From the IMG/VR virus record IMGVR_UViG_3300048574_000483, positions 1-53,890 of that record: a DNA stretch of 53,890 nt; one strand, written 5' to 3'. A program made the translations under genes and the position numbers. Shown one piece after another: positions 19,097 through 28,850 of this stretch. The notes beneath the pieces are model-generated. The model worked only from the letters and a program-made list of their open reading frames with translations, did no database searches and was not told where the DNA came from. The DNA comes from a virus (taxonomy: Duplodnaviria; Caudoviricetes). The stretch's first letter is position 1. Each line of letters begins with the position of its first letter.

Positions 19097-19957
19097 TCAG
19101 CTTAAGAGGGTGACGGTTTCGGCGGGGACGCCGGCCGGCGCCAAGCCGGTTTCGACGCTGGTTTCAACGATTTGTTCGGCGGCGAGCGTGTCGGTCGTGC
19201 CGTATTCGACCGAGAAGATTAGGTCGCGCCGGAAAATTCCCTGCTTCTGGTCGAAATCGGTGAAGGGCGACGCGCGGTAAACCAAGCGACCCTGACTGCC
19301 ATCAGCCAGAGCAAGGAACGATTGCGCACGCAGCTTCGGGTCGATGTATTTGGCCACCGTGTCCCGGTCTTTTGGGTGCGGCGCCCATACCGCGATCTGA
19401 AATTCACGGTCCTGACGGCCAAGCTCGCGCGATGCGGTGCCGGCGACGCCGACGCGCGCGGCAGCGATCAAATAGGCCCCGGGAAGCGCGATCTGCGTGC
19501 CGCTGACGGTCGTTCCGGGAAACTGGGAAGCAATGACGGCCCCGAGCCCCGCTGCCGCCTGTGCCGCGCTCTCGCCGCTCTGTGCGGAGTAGCGGCATGG
19601 CGTCTTCCCGACCAAAACAAAGAGGTTTTGGCCGAAAAACGGTGTTGGCGCCGCGCCGCCGACGGTGATCACCTGCCCTGCCGAAGCAAGTGAATAGGTC
19701 GCCTCGGGAACGCTCACCTCCTCATAGTCGAGGGGGTAGCGAGTGGAATCTCGTTCGGTCGGTCGCGTGTAGACCGAGACGACGGTTTTGCCTTTCTTGA
19801 GGTTGTCATCCAGGCTCTGCGGGCCCGGCCACCCCTTCATTACCAATACAGGAATGCCGCAAGCGGAGGGCTGCATTGTGGCGGTCGGTGCTACCGGATA
19901 CAGGATCGCGGCGACTACTGTCTTGAGCGCCTCTTGCACGTCGGAAAGATCAGCCAT
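19097..19957 (-). CDS. Tail terminator/neck protein
   Basis: MADLSDV start, GWP motif, IFRRDLIFSVEY; position. Confidence 0.75.
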   Translation of the reverse strand: MADLSDVQEALKTVVAAILYPVAPTATMQPSACGIPVLVMKGWPGPQSLDDNLKKGKTVVSVYTRPTERDSTRYPLDYEEVSVPEATYSLASAGQVITVGGAAPTPFFGQNLFVLVGKTPCRYSAQSGESAAQAAAGLGAVIASQFPGTTVSGTQIALPGAYLIAAARVGVAGTASRELGRQDREFQIAVWAPHPKDRDTVAKYIDPKLRAQSFLALADGSQGRLVYRASPFTDFDQKQGIFRRDLIFSVEYGTTDTLAAEQIVETSVETGLAPAGVPAETVTLLS

Positions 19958-20135
19958 GACGAAGACGGCCCGCCTCGTTGGCGCTGCACAGCTTCACGGC
20001 GAGATCAGCTGCCGCAGTGCAAGCACAGTTAAGAGCCGTGGCAAGTCTCAGCAGCGCCTTGAACTCACGCGTGTTCGCGACCGCCAAATCGAATTCGGCA
20101 TAAGCGCGGCGCAGATCCTCGAACGGGTTGTTCAT
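19950..20135 (-). CDS. Hypothetical protein
   Basis: Overlaps both neighbouring genes, suggesting translational coupling. Confidence 0.5.
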   Translation of the reverse strand: MNNPFEDLRRAYAEFDLAVANTREFKALLRLATALNCACTAAADLAVKLCSANEAGRLRHG

Positions 20136-20485
20136 CACGCCTCCAACCGCTCGGCGTGGAAGCAACCGCCGAGCGAATTTGTGTAGTCGGCCACGACCTG
20201 AAAGCGCCGGCCAAGATCATCCACAATGATGTCGCGATTGATCACGGTGCCGTCGGACAAGGCGCGGGGCGGGGTCATCACCTGCCATGCATTGTTGCCG
20301 CCGTCGGCGGGAAGCCCGACCGGATTTTTCCCGCCCGCGCGCTTAGCTTGGATGCTGGCTGGGATGTCGGCCACAACGAGGACTTCGGCCTCGGCAGTGT
20401 CCGCCACATAGTCATCCATCGCACCGACGCCGTCCTGGGCGGCCGGACGCATCACCTTGATAGTGCGGGGGTAGAGAAAGCTCAT
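20135..20485 (-). CDS. Head closure/stopper protein
   Basis: 116-aa beta-rich protein, RDIIVDDLGRRFQV; position. Confidence 0.7.
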   Translation of the reverse strand: MSFLYPRTIKVMRPAAQDGVGAMDDYVADTAEAEVLVVADIPASIQAKRAGGKNPVGLPADGGNNAWQVMTPPRALSDGTVINRDIIVDDLGRRFQVVADYTNSLGGCFHAERLEA

Positions 20486-20509
20486 GGGAGGGCCATCGAC
20501 TGATGATGA

Positions 20510-21427
20510 TCAGAAGTGCAGCTTGAGGCGATACGGCTCCAGGAGGTTCCTGGTGTCGCCATCCATGTTGGTCTGCGCCCATCGCTCGAGCCGGGTATCA
20601 CCAGCCTGTGCGATTTTGAACGCCGGGCTGACGTCGCCGAAGCGTTGCAGCGTGGCGATCATGTTCGCCGTTGCCTGCTTGACGACGGAAGGAATTGATG
20701 TGCTCGGAAAACCGGCGACGTAGCGCACGCGGATTTCGGAGTAATAGGCCAACAGCATGCCCGCCGGCACCCAGATTTCACCCGTGGCAACGCTGACGCT
20801 GGCCTGGGTCACGTCCCATGGCACCCACTGCGGCGGGCCGCCGAAGGTCTGCAGCGCTGCGAGCAAGTTCTGGTCATTGTAGAGCCCGGCGACCTGATCG
20901 GACCGGCGCCCGTAGCTGTATCGGCCGAGGCCAGAGAGAATGCGGACAATCGGCCAACGCGTCAGCCGAGAAACCGACCGCTTGGAGGCAAGCGCCCGTT
21001 CCTCGAGGATCTGAAGGCCGGCCTCCATGGTTGCGCCCGCGGTGTGGCTGTTTACGACCGTGCGAAGCGTGAGGGTGCCGCGCATCGTATCGACGGAGCT
21101 GACCACCACGGCCTCGCACAGCGAGGTATCAGTTCGATCGAGAACAAAGACCTCGCCCACCAGGTCCGACAGGCCCGCACTGGCCAACGGGCACGCGACC
21201 ACAACGTCACGTCCAGGTGCGATCGCCGCAGGCAGCTTCAGCGCGAGGCTCGGGCTGAGCGCAGGCATGTAACACGGCAAGCCGCTGGCATCGTCTGCCC
21301 ACGCCAGTCCCTCGGGACGTTCGAGGTAGGCATCTATCAGGGTTGAGGCCTGCTGGATCTGCTGCGGTGTAGCGCCAGCCGCGCCGTAGTCGGCGCAGTC
21401 CTCTGCGGCCAAGTATTCGGACGGCAT
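20510..21427 (-). CDS. Head-tail adaptor/connector
   Basis: IQQASTLIDAYL...VRYVAGF..IPSVVKQA...LLEPYR pattern with a large insertion. Confidence 0.8.
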   Translation of the reverse strand: MPSEYLAAEDCADYGAAGATPQQIQQASTLIDAYLERPEGLAWADDASGLPCYMPALSPSLALKLPAAIAPGRDVVVACPLASAGLSDLVGEVFVLDRTDTSLCEAVVVSSVDTMRGTLTLRTVVNSHTAGATMEAGLQILEERALASKRSVSRLTRWPIVRILSGLGRYSYGRRSDQVAGLYNDQNLLAALQTFGGPPQWVPWDVTQASVSVATGEIWVPAGMLLAYYSEIRVRYVAGFPSTSIPSVVKQATANMIATLQRFGDVSPAFKIAQAGDTRLERWAQTNMDGDTRNLLEPYRLKLHF

Positions 21428-21669
21428 CAGAGCACCACCCCTGCAGGAAGCCAGAGGCTTGTGCTCTTGGCCTGCCCCGTCGCGATCAGATACCGACCGA
21501 GATCGTCCGGAACTTCAGCGCCCTTCGGCCCGAATTTCACCTCGAATGTCTTCGCGGATCCGTCCGCGTTGCGCCAATCGGCTGCAACGCCGCCCTTTAC
21601 GCCGCGCGGATCAGCGGCCGGGGCAACGTAAAGCGTCTGACGGCGATCATTGGGATGGTAGACACGCAT
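21427..21669 (-). CDS. Small capsid-associated protein
   Basis: AEVPDDLGRYLIATG motif; directly after the major capsid gene. Confidence 0.65.
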   Translation of the reverse strand: MRVYHPNDRRQTLYVAPAADPRGVKGGVAADWRNADGSAKTFEVKFGPKGAEVPDDLGRYLIATGQAKSTSLWLPAGVVL

Positions 21670-21687
21670 ATCGGCCACAGTGTTTGG

Positions 21688-21712
21688 GTGTGGGGCGGCA
21701 CGACACCGCCCC
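21688..21712 (-). terminator. Stem-loop after the capsid gene (partial terminator or mRNA stabiliser)
   Basis: GTGGGGCGG-7 nt-CCGCCCCAC perfect 9-bp stem; no U tract. Confidence 0.5.
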
Positions 21713-21723
21713 ACGTTTGACGA

Positions 21724-22791
21724 TCAGCCCGCTGTCACGGTTTTGCGGACCACTGCGACCACGGCGTGAGCCGCGTCGGGGCGCTTCGCGGCGATCGCCG
21801 AGAAATGCACGCCGACGTACTGGCCCTGCAACCCGGCAAGAAGGCCGAGCTGGAAGATGCGCGGCTGAAGGTTGCCGTCCCCGCCATGCACGACCGGGCG
21901 CTCGATGTTGCGTTCGTCCACGATCACGGCGAAGTAATTCGAATTGCCCGTTCCAGGCGCGGCGAAGCCGTAGCTGGTATCGGTCGTGGCCGGAACAAAC
22001 GGGTCCGGGATCAGCGGAAGCACGCCGGCCTGCGTATTCAGGGCCTTTACCGACACACCAGCCGCGACGTCCACGTTCTTCAATTCGATGTGGGACGCTT
22101 TGGCTTCCTGCTCGATCATGTCGGCCAGCAGCGGGTTGAGGTAAATCGCGCTCAGACGCACCTTCTGCGTCTGGTTGGCGACCATGGCGGCAACCTTGGT
22201 CTTGATGCCGTCGATGATCGGCGCGCCCAGGCCGATCGTTGCCTGATTCGTGATCTGCGTGAGCAAGCCGCAGAAGCTCTGCGTATTGCTGTCGCCGATG
22301 GACGTCGCCGTGCCATTCCACACCGCCGCGGCCTCAGCCACGACGATACCGGACGTGATGTCCTCGATGTCCTTCGCCTCAACATAGGCGAACTGGCCCT
22401 GCATGCGGGTCACATCGACGTCGAACAGGCCGAAGTTGGTCTGCCCGGTCACGGCCTTGATGTAGACGGCGCGCTCGGTACGGGTCGGCCCGCTCGGGGT
22501 CGGGGTGATGTTGCGCGGATCGGTGAAACCTGCCGTTGCGATCGCGGTCTGGTCGAAGAAGCGGCTCGGGTGACCGTTCGCCGGCGACGGTTCAATGCGC
22601 GACAGCGTCACGGAGTCGCGACGAACGATGTCGGCGATTTCCGTCTCGTAGCGGTTGACTTCCATCGAACCGTTTCCGAGGTAATCTGCGGCGGCGCTGA
22701 TGGTTCCGGTCGAGGCAGAGGCGAGAAGCGTCGCGACCTGCTTGGCCAGCGGATTGTTCGGGTCGATAAAACCCGCAGTGATGCGTTCCAT
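21724..22791 (-). CDS. Major capsid protein
   Basis: 355 aa, follows protease/scaffold, strong GC3 bias, SFCGLLTQI motif. Confidence 0.85.
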   Translation of the reverse strand: MERITAGFIDPNNPLAKQVATLLASASTGTISAAADYLGNGSMEVNRYETEIADIVRRDSVTLSRIEPSPANGHPSRFFDQTAIATAGFTDPRNITPTPSGPTRTERAVYIKAVTGQTNFGLFDVDVTRMQGQFAYVEAKDIEDITSGIVVAEAAAVWNGTATSIGDSNTQSFCGLLTQITNQATIGLGAPIIDGIKTKVAAMVANQTQKVRLSAIYLNPLLADMIEQEAKASHIELKNVDVAAGVSVKALNTQAGVLPLIPDPFVPATTDTSYGFAAPGTGNSNYFAVIVDERNIERPVVHGGDGNLQPRIFQLGLLAGLQGQYVGVHFSAIAAKRPDAAHAVVAVVRKTVTAG

Positions 22792-22815
22792 GAGTTTTTC
22801 CTTTGCGGGTCAGGA

Positions 22816-24192
22816 TTACGCGGTTTCGTCCAGAAGGCCGGCGCGGCTCGCTTCGGTCTTCATGCGGATGCGCTCGCCGATGCTCTTGCCGGCCAGCAGT
22901 TTCTCGAACGTGGAAAGGGGCACTCTTTCGCCCGTCTTCACGCCGCTGTCGGCACCGGCCCTGGCGAGCAGCGTGGCGATCTGCGGCGACACCGTTTTGC
23001 GCACCGGCTCGTCGGTGTGTGCCTTGGCCGCCTCGATCGCGTCGGTAAGCTGGGTCTTGAGGTTGGCGACCTCATCCTTGAGCGCCTTCACGTCGGCGCC
23101 GGCCTCGACCTTCTCGACTTTCGGATCGGCGGCGGCGGAAACGCCCGGGTAATAGTCATGATCGCGGAAGACATGAGGGACGATGCCGTTCATGGCTTCG
23201 GCTTCCATGCTGTCCGCCATACGGCGGAGCACGGCGACGTGGCCCTGCGTGACATGGGTGCCGATACCAGCGGCGCACATGCCGTCAGCGGCGGCGCGCA
23301 GCTTGTCGGCGTGCGGGGCAACACGGGAGTGCAGCTCCTTGCCCGCCTCGATCTTCTTGCCGAGGTCGGCCTGCCCGGCCTCGATCGTGGCGATCTTGTC
23401 GGTGAGCGGCTTGACCGCCGCATCGATGATCGCCTGCAACTCTTCCTTGGTCATCTCGATTTCTCCTGCCGCAGCCGCGGCGAGTGACGTGGTTGTGAAT
23501 GCCGCCTTGTCCTTGAGAAGGATGGCGGCGCCGGTGAAAACGCAGGCGGTGATGACCAAAGGGTCGCCGTCGAGGCTCTCAACATGGTTGTGTTGGGCTT
23601 CGAAGCTGAAGCCCAGGGAATCCTTGTTGGCCTTGATGAACGCGGCTTCTTCGGGGAAGTCGGCTGCGTAAATGATGCCCTCAATCCGGAGATCGGAGCC
23701 TTCAATGGTTGCGGCGGTGATGACGCCGATTTTCCGTCTGGCGTCGTGACCGTCGAATTCTGCGGTGACGTCCACTCCCATCATGGCGAGGGAGTCGAGC
23801 GCGTTCTTTGCCGCTTGCGACGTCATCATGATGCGCTTGCCACGGCTGCCGTGCGGTGCAAAGTTCGACGGCTCGTCCAGCTTAGTCAGGACACCCGAGA
23901 ACGGCATGCGGTTCGGGTGGTCCTCGACTTCGGGGACTAGGATCGCCATGGCCTCAAGGCGCATCGCCTTGATCGTGTCCCAGTCGGACGTGTCCATTCC
24001 GAACTTGTGGGCCCGCTCCAGAATGTGCTTGCGGGCCTCTGCGCGCTCCGTATCGCTGAGCCCCTTGGTGCGCCCCACCTGTGACCAGGCCATCGCAACG
24101 TGCTTTTGGTCGTGGATCGGCAGGACGCGTTTGCCCGGGACTGCAAAGTCCGAGGCGGGAAGCGCGTCCCGCTCTTTCTCGGTCAGCGACAT
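22816..24192 (-). CDS. Capsid maturation protease/scaffold fusion
   Basis: H(DARRKIGVI) and LGFSFE protease motifs; helical scaffold C-terminus; small N-terminal domain LPASDFA..LPIHD..HV. Confidence 0.8.
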   Translation of the reverse strand: MSLTEKERDALPASDFAVPGKRVLPIHDQKHVAMAWSQVGRTKGLSDTERAEARKHILERAHKFGMDTSDWDTIKAMRLEAMAILVPEVEDHPNRMPFSGVLTKLDEPSNFAPHGSRGKRIMMTSQAAKNALDSLAMMGVDVTAEFDGHDARRKIGVITAATIEGSDLRIEGIIYAADFPEEAAFIKANKDSLGFSFEAQHNHVESLDGDPLVITACVFTGAAILLKDKAAFTTTSLAAAAAGEIEMTKEELQAIIDAAVKPLTDKIATIEAGQADLGKKIEAGKELHSRVAPHADKLRAAADGMCAAGIGTHVTQGHVAVLRRMADSMEAEAMNGIVPHVFRDHDYYPGVSAAADPKVEKVEAGADVKALKDEVANLKTQLTDAIEAAKAHTDEPVRKTVSPQIATLLARAGADSGVKTGERVPLSTFEKLLAGKSIGERIRMKTEASRAGLLDETA

Positions 24193-24208
24193 GGCAAGCC
24201 CTCGATGA

Positions 24209-24418
24209 TCAGACCAGCGTGCTCTGAATGGTGGTGAGCGTGGTCTTGTTGGCCCCGGCCGGAAGCTCTTTGATGAGTTCGCCCAGGAGGACGTGCAGCT
24301 CGGACGCCATCTGCTTGGCTTGGCCGAGCAACATGCTCGGATGAGCGCCTTTGGCGGACGCCGCGGAAATTTCGGCGGCGGTCAGTGTCACGGCACCGAT
24401 ATCGTTCTTCATGCTCAT
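24209..24418 (-). CDS. Hypothetical protein
   Basis: GAGG SD; in head operon. Confidence 0.6.
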   Translation of the reverse strand: MSMKNDIGAVTLTAAEISAASAKGAHPSMLLGQAKQMASELHVLLGELIKELPAGANKTTLTTIQSTLV

Positions 24419-24427
24419 TGCATTGCC

Positions 24428-24679
24428 TCACATTTTCTTGCGGACGAATTCGAGAAATTCGCCGAGTTCGCCGTCCACCGAACCTTCGACGCGCGAGACA
24501 AAAGCTTTTGTCTCGTCCCACAGCAGCTGCAGGTGGCTTTCCAATTCGGCCGGCGCCCGCGGCGGAGCTGCGCTCACCGCATCCGGGCTCGCCGGTTCGT
24601 CGTGAAGCTCATCGCTGGCGCCGGTCTCGTCAGCGCCAGCCGGGGCGTCGCTCTTGGCGTTCCTATTTTTGCTCATCAC
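24428..24679 (-). CDS. Hypothetical protein
   Basis: Start overlaps the upstream stop. Confidence 0.55.
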   Translation of the reverse strand: MMSKNRNAKSDAPAGADETGASDELHDEPASPDAVSAAPPRAPAELESHLQLLWDETKAFVSRVEGSVDGELGEFLEFVRKKM

Positions 24680-24984
24680 GCAACGACCAGGAGGTCCAGC
24701 GTGCCAACCACCAGCGTGCTGGCGGCGAGGCGCGGCGACAGGTTGATGGTGAAGCCGGATTGCGTGCGCCCCGAGATGTAATAGGTCGCGTCCTGGCTGG
24801 TCGAGACGAACACGGCGTACGAGGCCGGAAGCTCGAGACCGGTAATGGGGATCTGGACCGCCGCGCCCGCCGCCGAGCCGGCGGCGTTGGCAATCTGCTT
24901 CTGCAGCAGCACGGAAAGGCGATCCGGCGCAGCGAGCGGCGACGAACCCCTCAGAATCGACACGTCATGAACGTCAAGAGCCAT
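24676..24984 (-). CDS. Hypothetical beta-rich virion protein
   Basis: Directly after the portal; SD AAGGGA. Confidence 0.65.
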   Translation of the reverse strand: MALDVHDVSILRGSSPLAAPDRLSVLLQKQIANAAGSAAGAAVQIPITGLELPASYAVFVSTSQDATYYISGRTQSGFTINLSPRLAASTLVVGTLDLLVVA

Positions 24985-24986
24985 GG

Positions 24987-26324
24987 TTATTCCCTTTGCT
25001 TCGGTTGAGCCGGGGCCTTGTTGGCGGGCTTCGGTTCAGGGGGTTGCGGGAGATCGGGGTCATCAACAACGGCGGCGCCGCGTGCGGCGTTCGTTGCGAT
25101 CTGCATGTCGGCGTACGTCATCTTTCCCCACTGGCCACCGAGCGGCGGCCGCTTGCGGGTCTCCCGGTATTCGTCGGGGGTGACGGCGTTGTTCTTGTAT
25201 TCAAGCTCGAACACCTCGGCATCGAGCTTGGCGTCCTCACGCTTCAGGCCGTTGAACTGGAACGCGAGCTGATAGAAGCCGAGGCGGCCCTGAATTGCGT
25301 GTCGGGTGAAAACCGAGGCGAAAAGAGCGGCCCACGGAACAATCGCCTGATCCCAATCGCGCTCCTGGGCCACATCGGCGGTGCTGCGGTTGACGTCCCG
25401 TTCAACCCCGAGGTTTTGCGGGCTGAGGTCGAACGCAATGGCGATTTCCGACTTCAGAAACTCCTGGTACTTCAGGTACAGCGCGTTATCGCCGTCGGGG
25501 TAAAGCTTGTGCACGGCGCCGCCCTTAGTGGCGACGATCGGCGTGACGCCCTGCCCTTCGACATCGCTGGTCCAGTAGGCGCGGAACGCCGCCAATTCGT
25601 TCGCAGCGCCTTCGCCCAGGTCGATCATGGCCGACGGCTTGGCGTTCGACGTGACCTTCCCGGCAAATTCGGCAACACCGAGCTGACGGCTGATCGAATT
25701 GAACGCGATTTCAAGCGGTCCCGTGCCGAACGGCGACGCCGTGTTCGGATTGGGCCGGACGTAGATCAGCTCGTCGTCGCGGAGCTGCACCGTGGGGCCA
25801 CCGCCCGAATAGGTGCCGTATCCCACCGACTGCGCATAGCGCGCCTCGTTTGCGCCGCCTGACCAGGCCGGATAGATCTGGATCGACAATCCGTCGACCG
25901 GAAAAAGCCAGAGCGGGCGCAACTTGTTGCCGGAGCGCTGTGTCTCGACGGCGCCGGCGCCGATCAAGGTGTCTTCCACCACCTGCTCGATCATGGTCCG
26001 CCAGCTATCGTCGCGGTTCGGATGCTGCAGGCAGTACGTCGCCGTCTCAATCTGGCGTTTGAGTTCGGGCGACTCCTTCGCACCCGCCACTGGGACAATC
26101 TCCCAATCCAGCATGGCGATCGGGTTCTTGATCGCGTTGATGGCGCGGCGCGCATACACCGTGTGCGAGAAGTAGCGAAGATTGCGCGGCGTCGGTTTCC
26201 ACACGACGCGCTGCTGCGGCCGCATCTGGCCGATAGAAACGATATTTGGCCACGGCGTTGTGTCGCGCTTCGGCTCTTGCCGACGTCGACTAATGCCAAG
26301 CCGTTTGAGGAAACCACCAGCCAT
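24987..26324 (-). CDS. Portal protein
   Basis: LFPVDGLSI, DELIYVRPNP..PFGTGPLE and EIAIAFDLSPQNLG motifs. Confidence 0.92.
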   Translation of the reverse strand: MAGGFLKRLGISRRRQEPKRDTTPWPNIVSIGQMRPQQRVVWKPTPRNLRYFSHTVYARRAINAIKNPIAMLDWEIVPVAGAKESPELKRQIETATYCLQHPNRDDSWRTMIEQVVEDTLIGAGAVETQRSGNKLRPLWLFPVDGLSIQIYPAWSGGANEARYAQSVGYGTYSGGGPTVQLRDDELIYVRPNPNTASPFGTGPLEIAFNSISRQLGVAEFAGKVTSNAKPSAMIDLGEGAANELAAFRAYWTSDVEGQGVTPIVATKGGAVHKLYPDGDNALYLKYQEFLKSEIAIAFDLSPQNLGVERDVNRSTADVAQERDWDQAIVPWAALFASVFTRHAIQGRLGFYQLAFQFNGLKREDAKLDAEVFELEYKNNAVTPDEYRETRKRPPLGGQWGKMTYADMQIATNAARGAAVVDDPDLPQPPEPKPANKAPAQPKQRE

Positions 26325-27739
26325 CAAGCAAATCCAAATTGATGGCCCTCGTCGGGGAGCGCCAGTTCGGTTACGCCCCACACGAGAGCGTCCATTCGGT
26401 TAGGACTTGGCATTCCTGGAACCCACGTTGTCATTTCAGTCTCTAGAGCGAGTAGATCCGTTGTGTGATGGACCTTCCCCTGTTCATAGAGTGCAGCAAC
26501 CGGCTCGGCTCGGACTGCCTTTCCGCGGGACGCGTGAACTTCCTTGTAGGACACCGTTTGGTCGATAGTGCGGATGGTGTTTTCGACCATCGCTCCGCCG
26601 AAGTTCGTCTCAGCTATGATGCGATCGGCGCCAAGACGGCGATAAAGCAGAATGGATTGCGTGCCCCACTCGTTCGGACTGTAAGATCCTGAAGCGTCGG
26701 CGATGACAAAGCAGTGGTCATCGAACGCCTGCCCCACTGCGATAATCCCGACCTCGTCATGGCCAGTGCCTTTGCCGCCCGATGGGTCTACCGCCACCAC
26801 AATCCGCTTTAGCGGCGGTATTGCCGTGCTTCTCGTCGCGTTGATCAGGTCGCGCGTCCAGAGAGCTCCTGGTACTTCAGCGGAGAAAGCTTCTTCAGGG
26901 GTCGCCGGATATTCGCGGCGGAAGTTGTGGACGCCGTTGAGCTCGACAATTTTGAGGCGGCGCCACCACAACTGGGCATCGTCGACGCCGTAAAGATCGG
27001 CGTACTGCTGTTCCTCGCTGGAACGTTCAAATCCTGCCGGCGGCTCTTTCCGGTATTCCTTCTGCCAGAACCACGGAATGAAGATCAGGACGTATTCGCC
27101 CTCGCCGCGCATGGCCTTGGCGCACATGTCGTAGAACAGGCCGCTCGCGCCGGCAGACGTGCTTTCGAGAATGACTTCCGTTTCTGGCGCGTCAGGAACT
27201 GCCTGCAGAGCACCGGCGACGTGGGTTTCGGCGTGTGGCCAGTATGCGACCTCTGAGCCGTGAAATAGCTGGATCGTATCGGAGCGGCCGGTGCCTTTGC
27301 TGCCGGCTGTGCCAACCTTGTAGCCGCTGTCCAGCTTGTTGAAGATCAGCTCTTTGGCGTTCGACGCTGCCCGGCGGGGCCGAACCAGCGGCGGACAATG
27401 ATCGTAGAAGCGCTTCGCCATCCCGAAGAGGTTGGTGGTCGCGTCATCCAAGTGAGTCAGAATGAACGCTCTCGTGCCCCGCCGGTGCGTCGTTTTCCAG
27501 AAAAAGCGGCCCTCGGTATAGGTGGAACAGCCTTGTTGGCGCCCCTTCAAGACGAGTGCGCGAACTTTTCCAGTTTTGCGGCGTTGCTCCTCAATCTTTT
27601 CGTGCAGATAGATCTGGGCGTCATTTAGGACGAACGGCTCGACCTTTCCGTCCTTGGTCCTGATCCTGAGACACCGGGGTGCATAGTGAACAAAGTCGTC
27701 CTTGAGACGCTGGCGTATGCGGCGCTCTCGGTCACTCAA
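26324..27739 (-). CDS. terL: Terminase large subunit
   Basis: LKGRQQGCST Walker A, HGSEVA Walker B, ILESTS motif, VAVDPS nuclease domain, NRMDALVW. Confidence 0.95.
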   Translation of the reverse strand: MSDRERRIRQRLKDDFVHYAPRCLRIRTKDGKVEPFVLNDAQIYLHEKIEEQRRKTGKVRALVLKGRQQGCSTYTEGRFFWKTTHRRGTRAFILTHLDDATTNLFGMAKRFYDHCPPLVRPRRAASNAKELIFNKLDSGYKVGTAGSKGTGRSDTIQLFHGSEVAYWPHAETHVAGALQAVPDAPETEVILESTSAGASGLFYDMCAKAMRGEGEYVLIFIPWFWQKEYRKEPPAGFERSSEEQQYADLYGVDDAQLWWRRLKIVELNGVHNFRREYPATPEEAFSAEVPGALWTRDLINATRSTAIPPLKRIVVAVDPSGGKGTGHDEVGIIAVGQAFDDHCFVIADASGSYSPNEWGTQSILLYRRLGADRIIAETNFGGAMVENTIRTIDQTVSYKEVHASRGKAVRAEPVAALYEQGKVHHTTDLLALETEMTTWVPGMPSPNRMDALVWGVTELALPDEGHQFGFA

Positions 27740-28043
27740 GCTGGTCGAGGGCGTCTTCGTGGTTGCTGACATTCACGTCGGCCTCAACATTGGCCAGCCG
27801 CGGGTGAACGAAAGGGGCCGCGTCCTTTGCCACGACGTTCGCCTGCATCGCCTTGCCGATGTTGACGATTTTTCCGGCCTTGTCGGTCGCTTCCGACCAC
27901 AGGTGCCGCATCAATTGAAGCTGCAGTTCGAGGGGAGTGATCCCGGATGCGGCGGCCTCTTCGGCAATCTGCTTCCGGCGCCGCGTGGCCTCCGAGACAG
28001 TTCCCTTCTTCCGACCGGCGCCCGGCCGTTTACCGCCGCGCAT
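27732..28043 (-). CDS. terS: Terminase small subunit
   Basis: RGGKRPGAGRKKG, TPLE and AAPFVHPRL motifs; overlaps terL. Confidence 0.85.
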   Translation of the reverse strand: MRGGKRPGAGRKKGTVSEATRRRKQIAEEAAASGITPLELQLQLMRHLWSEATDKAGKIVNIGKAMQANVVAKDAAPFVHPRLANVEADVNVSNHEDALDQLE

Positions 28044-28082
28044 CTGATGCCTCTTTGATTTCTCTGATTACTGAATCAGTTT

Positions 28083-28718
28083 TCAAAGCTGTCCACGGCA
28101 CGTCCCACACGCCCCGACGATTTGAGCCTCGGTGATTGTCGGGCGCTTCTTGGCGGCTTCGACCAGATCGAAGGTGTGGCCGGCACCACGACCCGCCCCA
28201 TATCTCTGAACAATCCCGACAAATTCCTCGACATCATGGCCGCGGATCGCGAATACGGGCTGACCACTCTTCGTGAACTTCGGCTGACCGAACCTATTGA
28301 GCGCCTGGCCGCAGTGATAAAGCTCATGCTCTACCAAGGCGCAGAACGAACCGTCGTCACAGACCGCGGCGTAACCGGCGTCGAAGGTCAGGAGGAAATC
28401 CGGCAACGCGCCGAACCACGCCTCAAGCTGTTGCTCCTGCCTAGCCTTTGACCACTTTCCACCTTGGAACAGGGGCAGCTCGGCTTGACCGACGATTGAA
28501 ACCATGTGACGGCTGTTCGGGAGCGTTGCCCACAGCATTCCAAACCGCGCGTCTTTCAGGTGGCGGTGATCTCCGTTCTCGAGCGGAGCACCGTTGGCGA
28601 TAAAGGACGCCACCACCCATTCGGCAAGATCCGGCGCCGGGATGAAGCTGGGCGGAACCTCCCCTTCACTGAACACAGGCGGGCGCGGCCGGCGCCGCAT
28701 TACGTTAGCCTTCGCCAT
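28083..28718 (-). CDS. Putative phage metallopeptidase
   Basis: ALVEHELYH (HExxH) and GHDVEEFVGIVQRYG. Confidence 0.85.
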   Translation of the reverse strand: MAKANVMRRRPRPPVFSEGEVPPSFIPAPDLAEWVVASFIANGAPLENGDHRHLKDARFGMLWATLPNSRHMVSIVGQAELPLFQGGKWSKARQEQQLEAWFGALPDFLLTFDAGYAAVCDDGSFCALVEHELYHCGQALNRFGQPKFTKSGQPVFAIRGHDVEEFVGIVQRYGAGRGAGHTFDLVEAAKKRPTITEAQIVGACGTCRGQL

Positions 28719-28850
28719 GGAGCCATCCCCTTTGAAAGAATCCGCCGCTTTCGGCACAGCCGGAGGAGCGGCGGCAGTTCATCCAGGGAGGGGTGCCGTC
28801 ACGGCGGTAGAGTGCCGTGGGGCTTCGGACGCCGGTGGCCGGCGAATAGG

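Noticed and set aside
21766-23487. Long plus-strand ORFs opposite structural genes (e.g. 573 aa here, 11940-12968, 13807-14739)
   Set aside because: Shadow ORFs caused by high GC3 on the coding strand; no recognisable motifs
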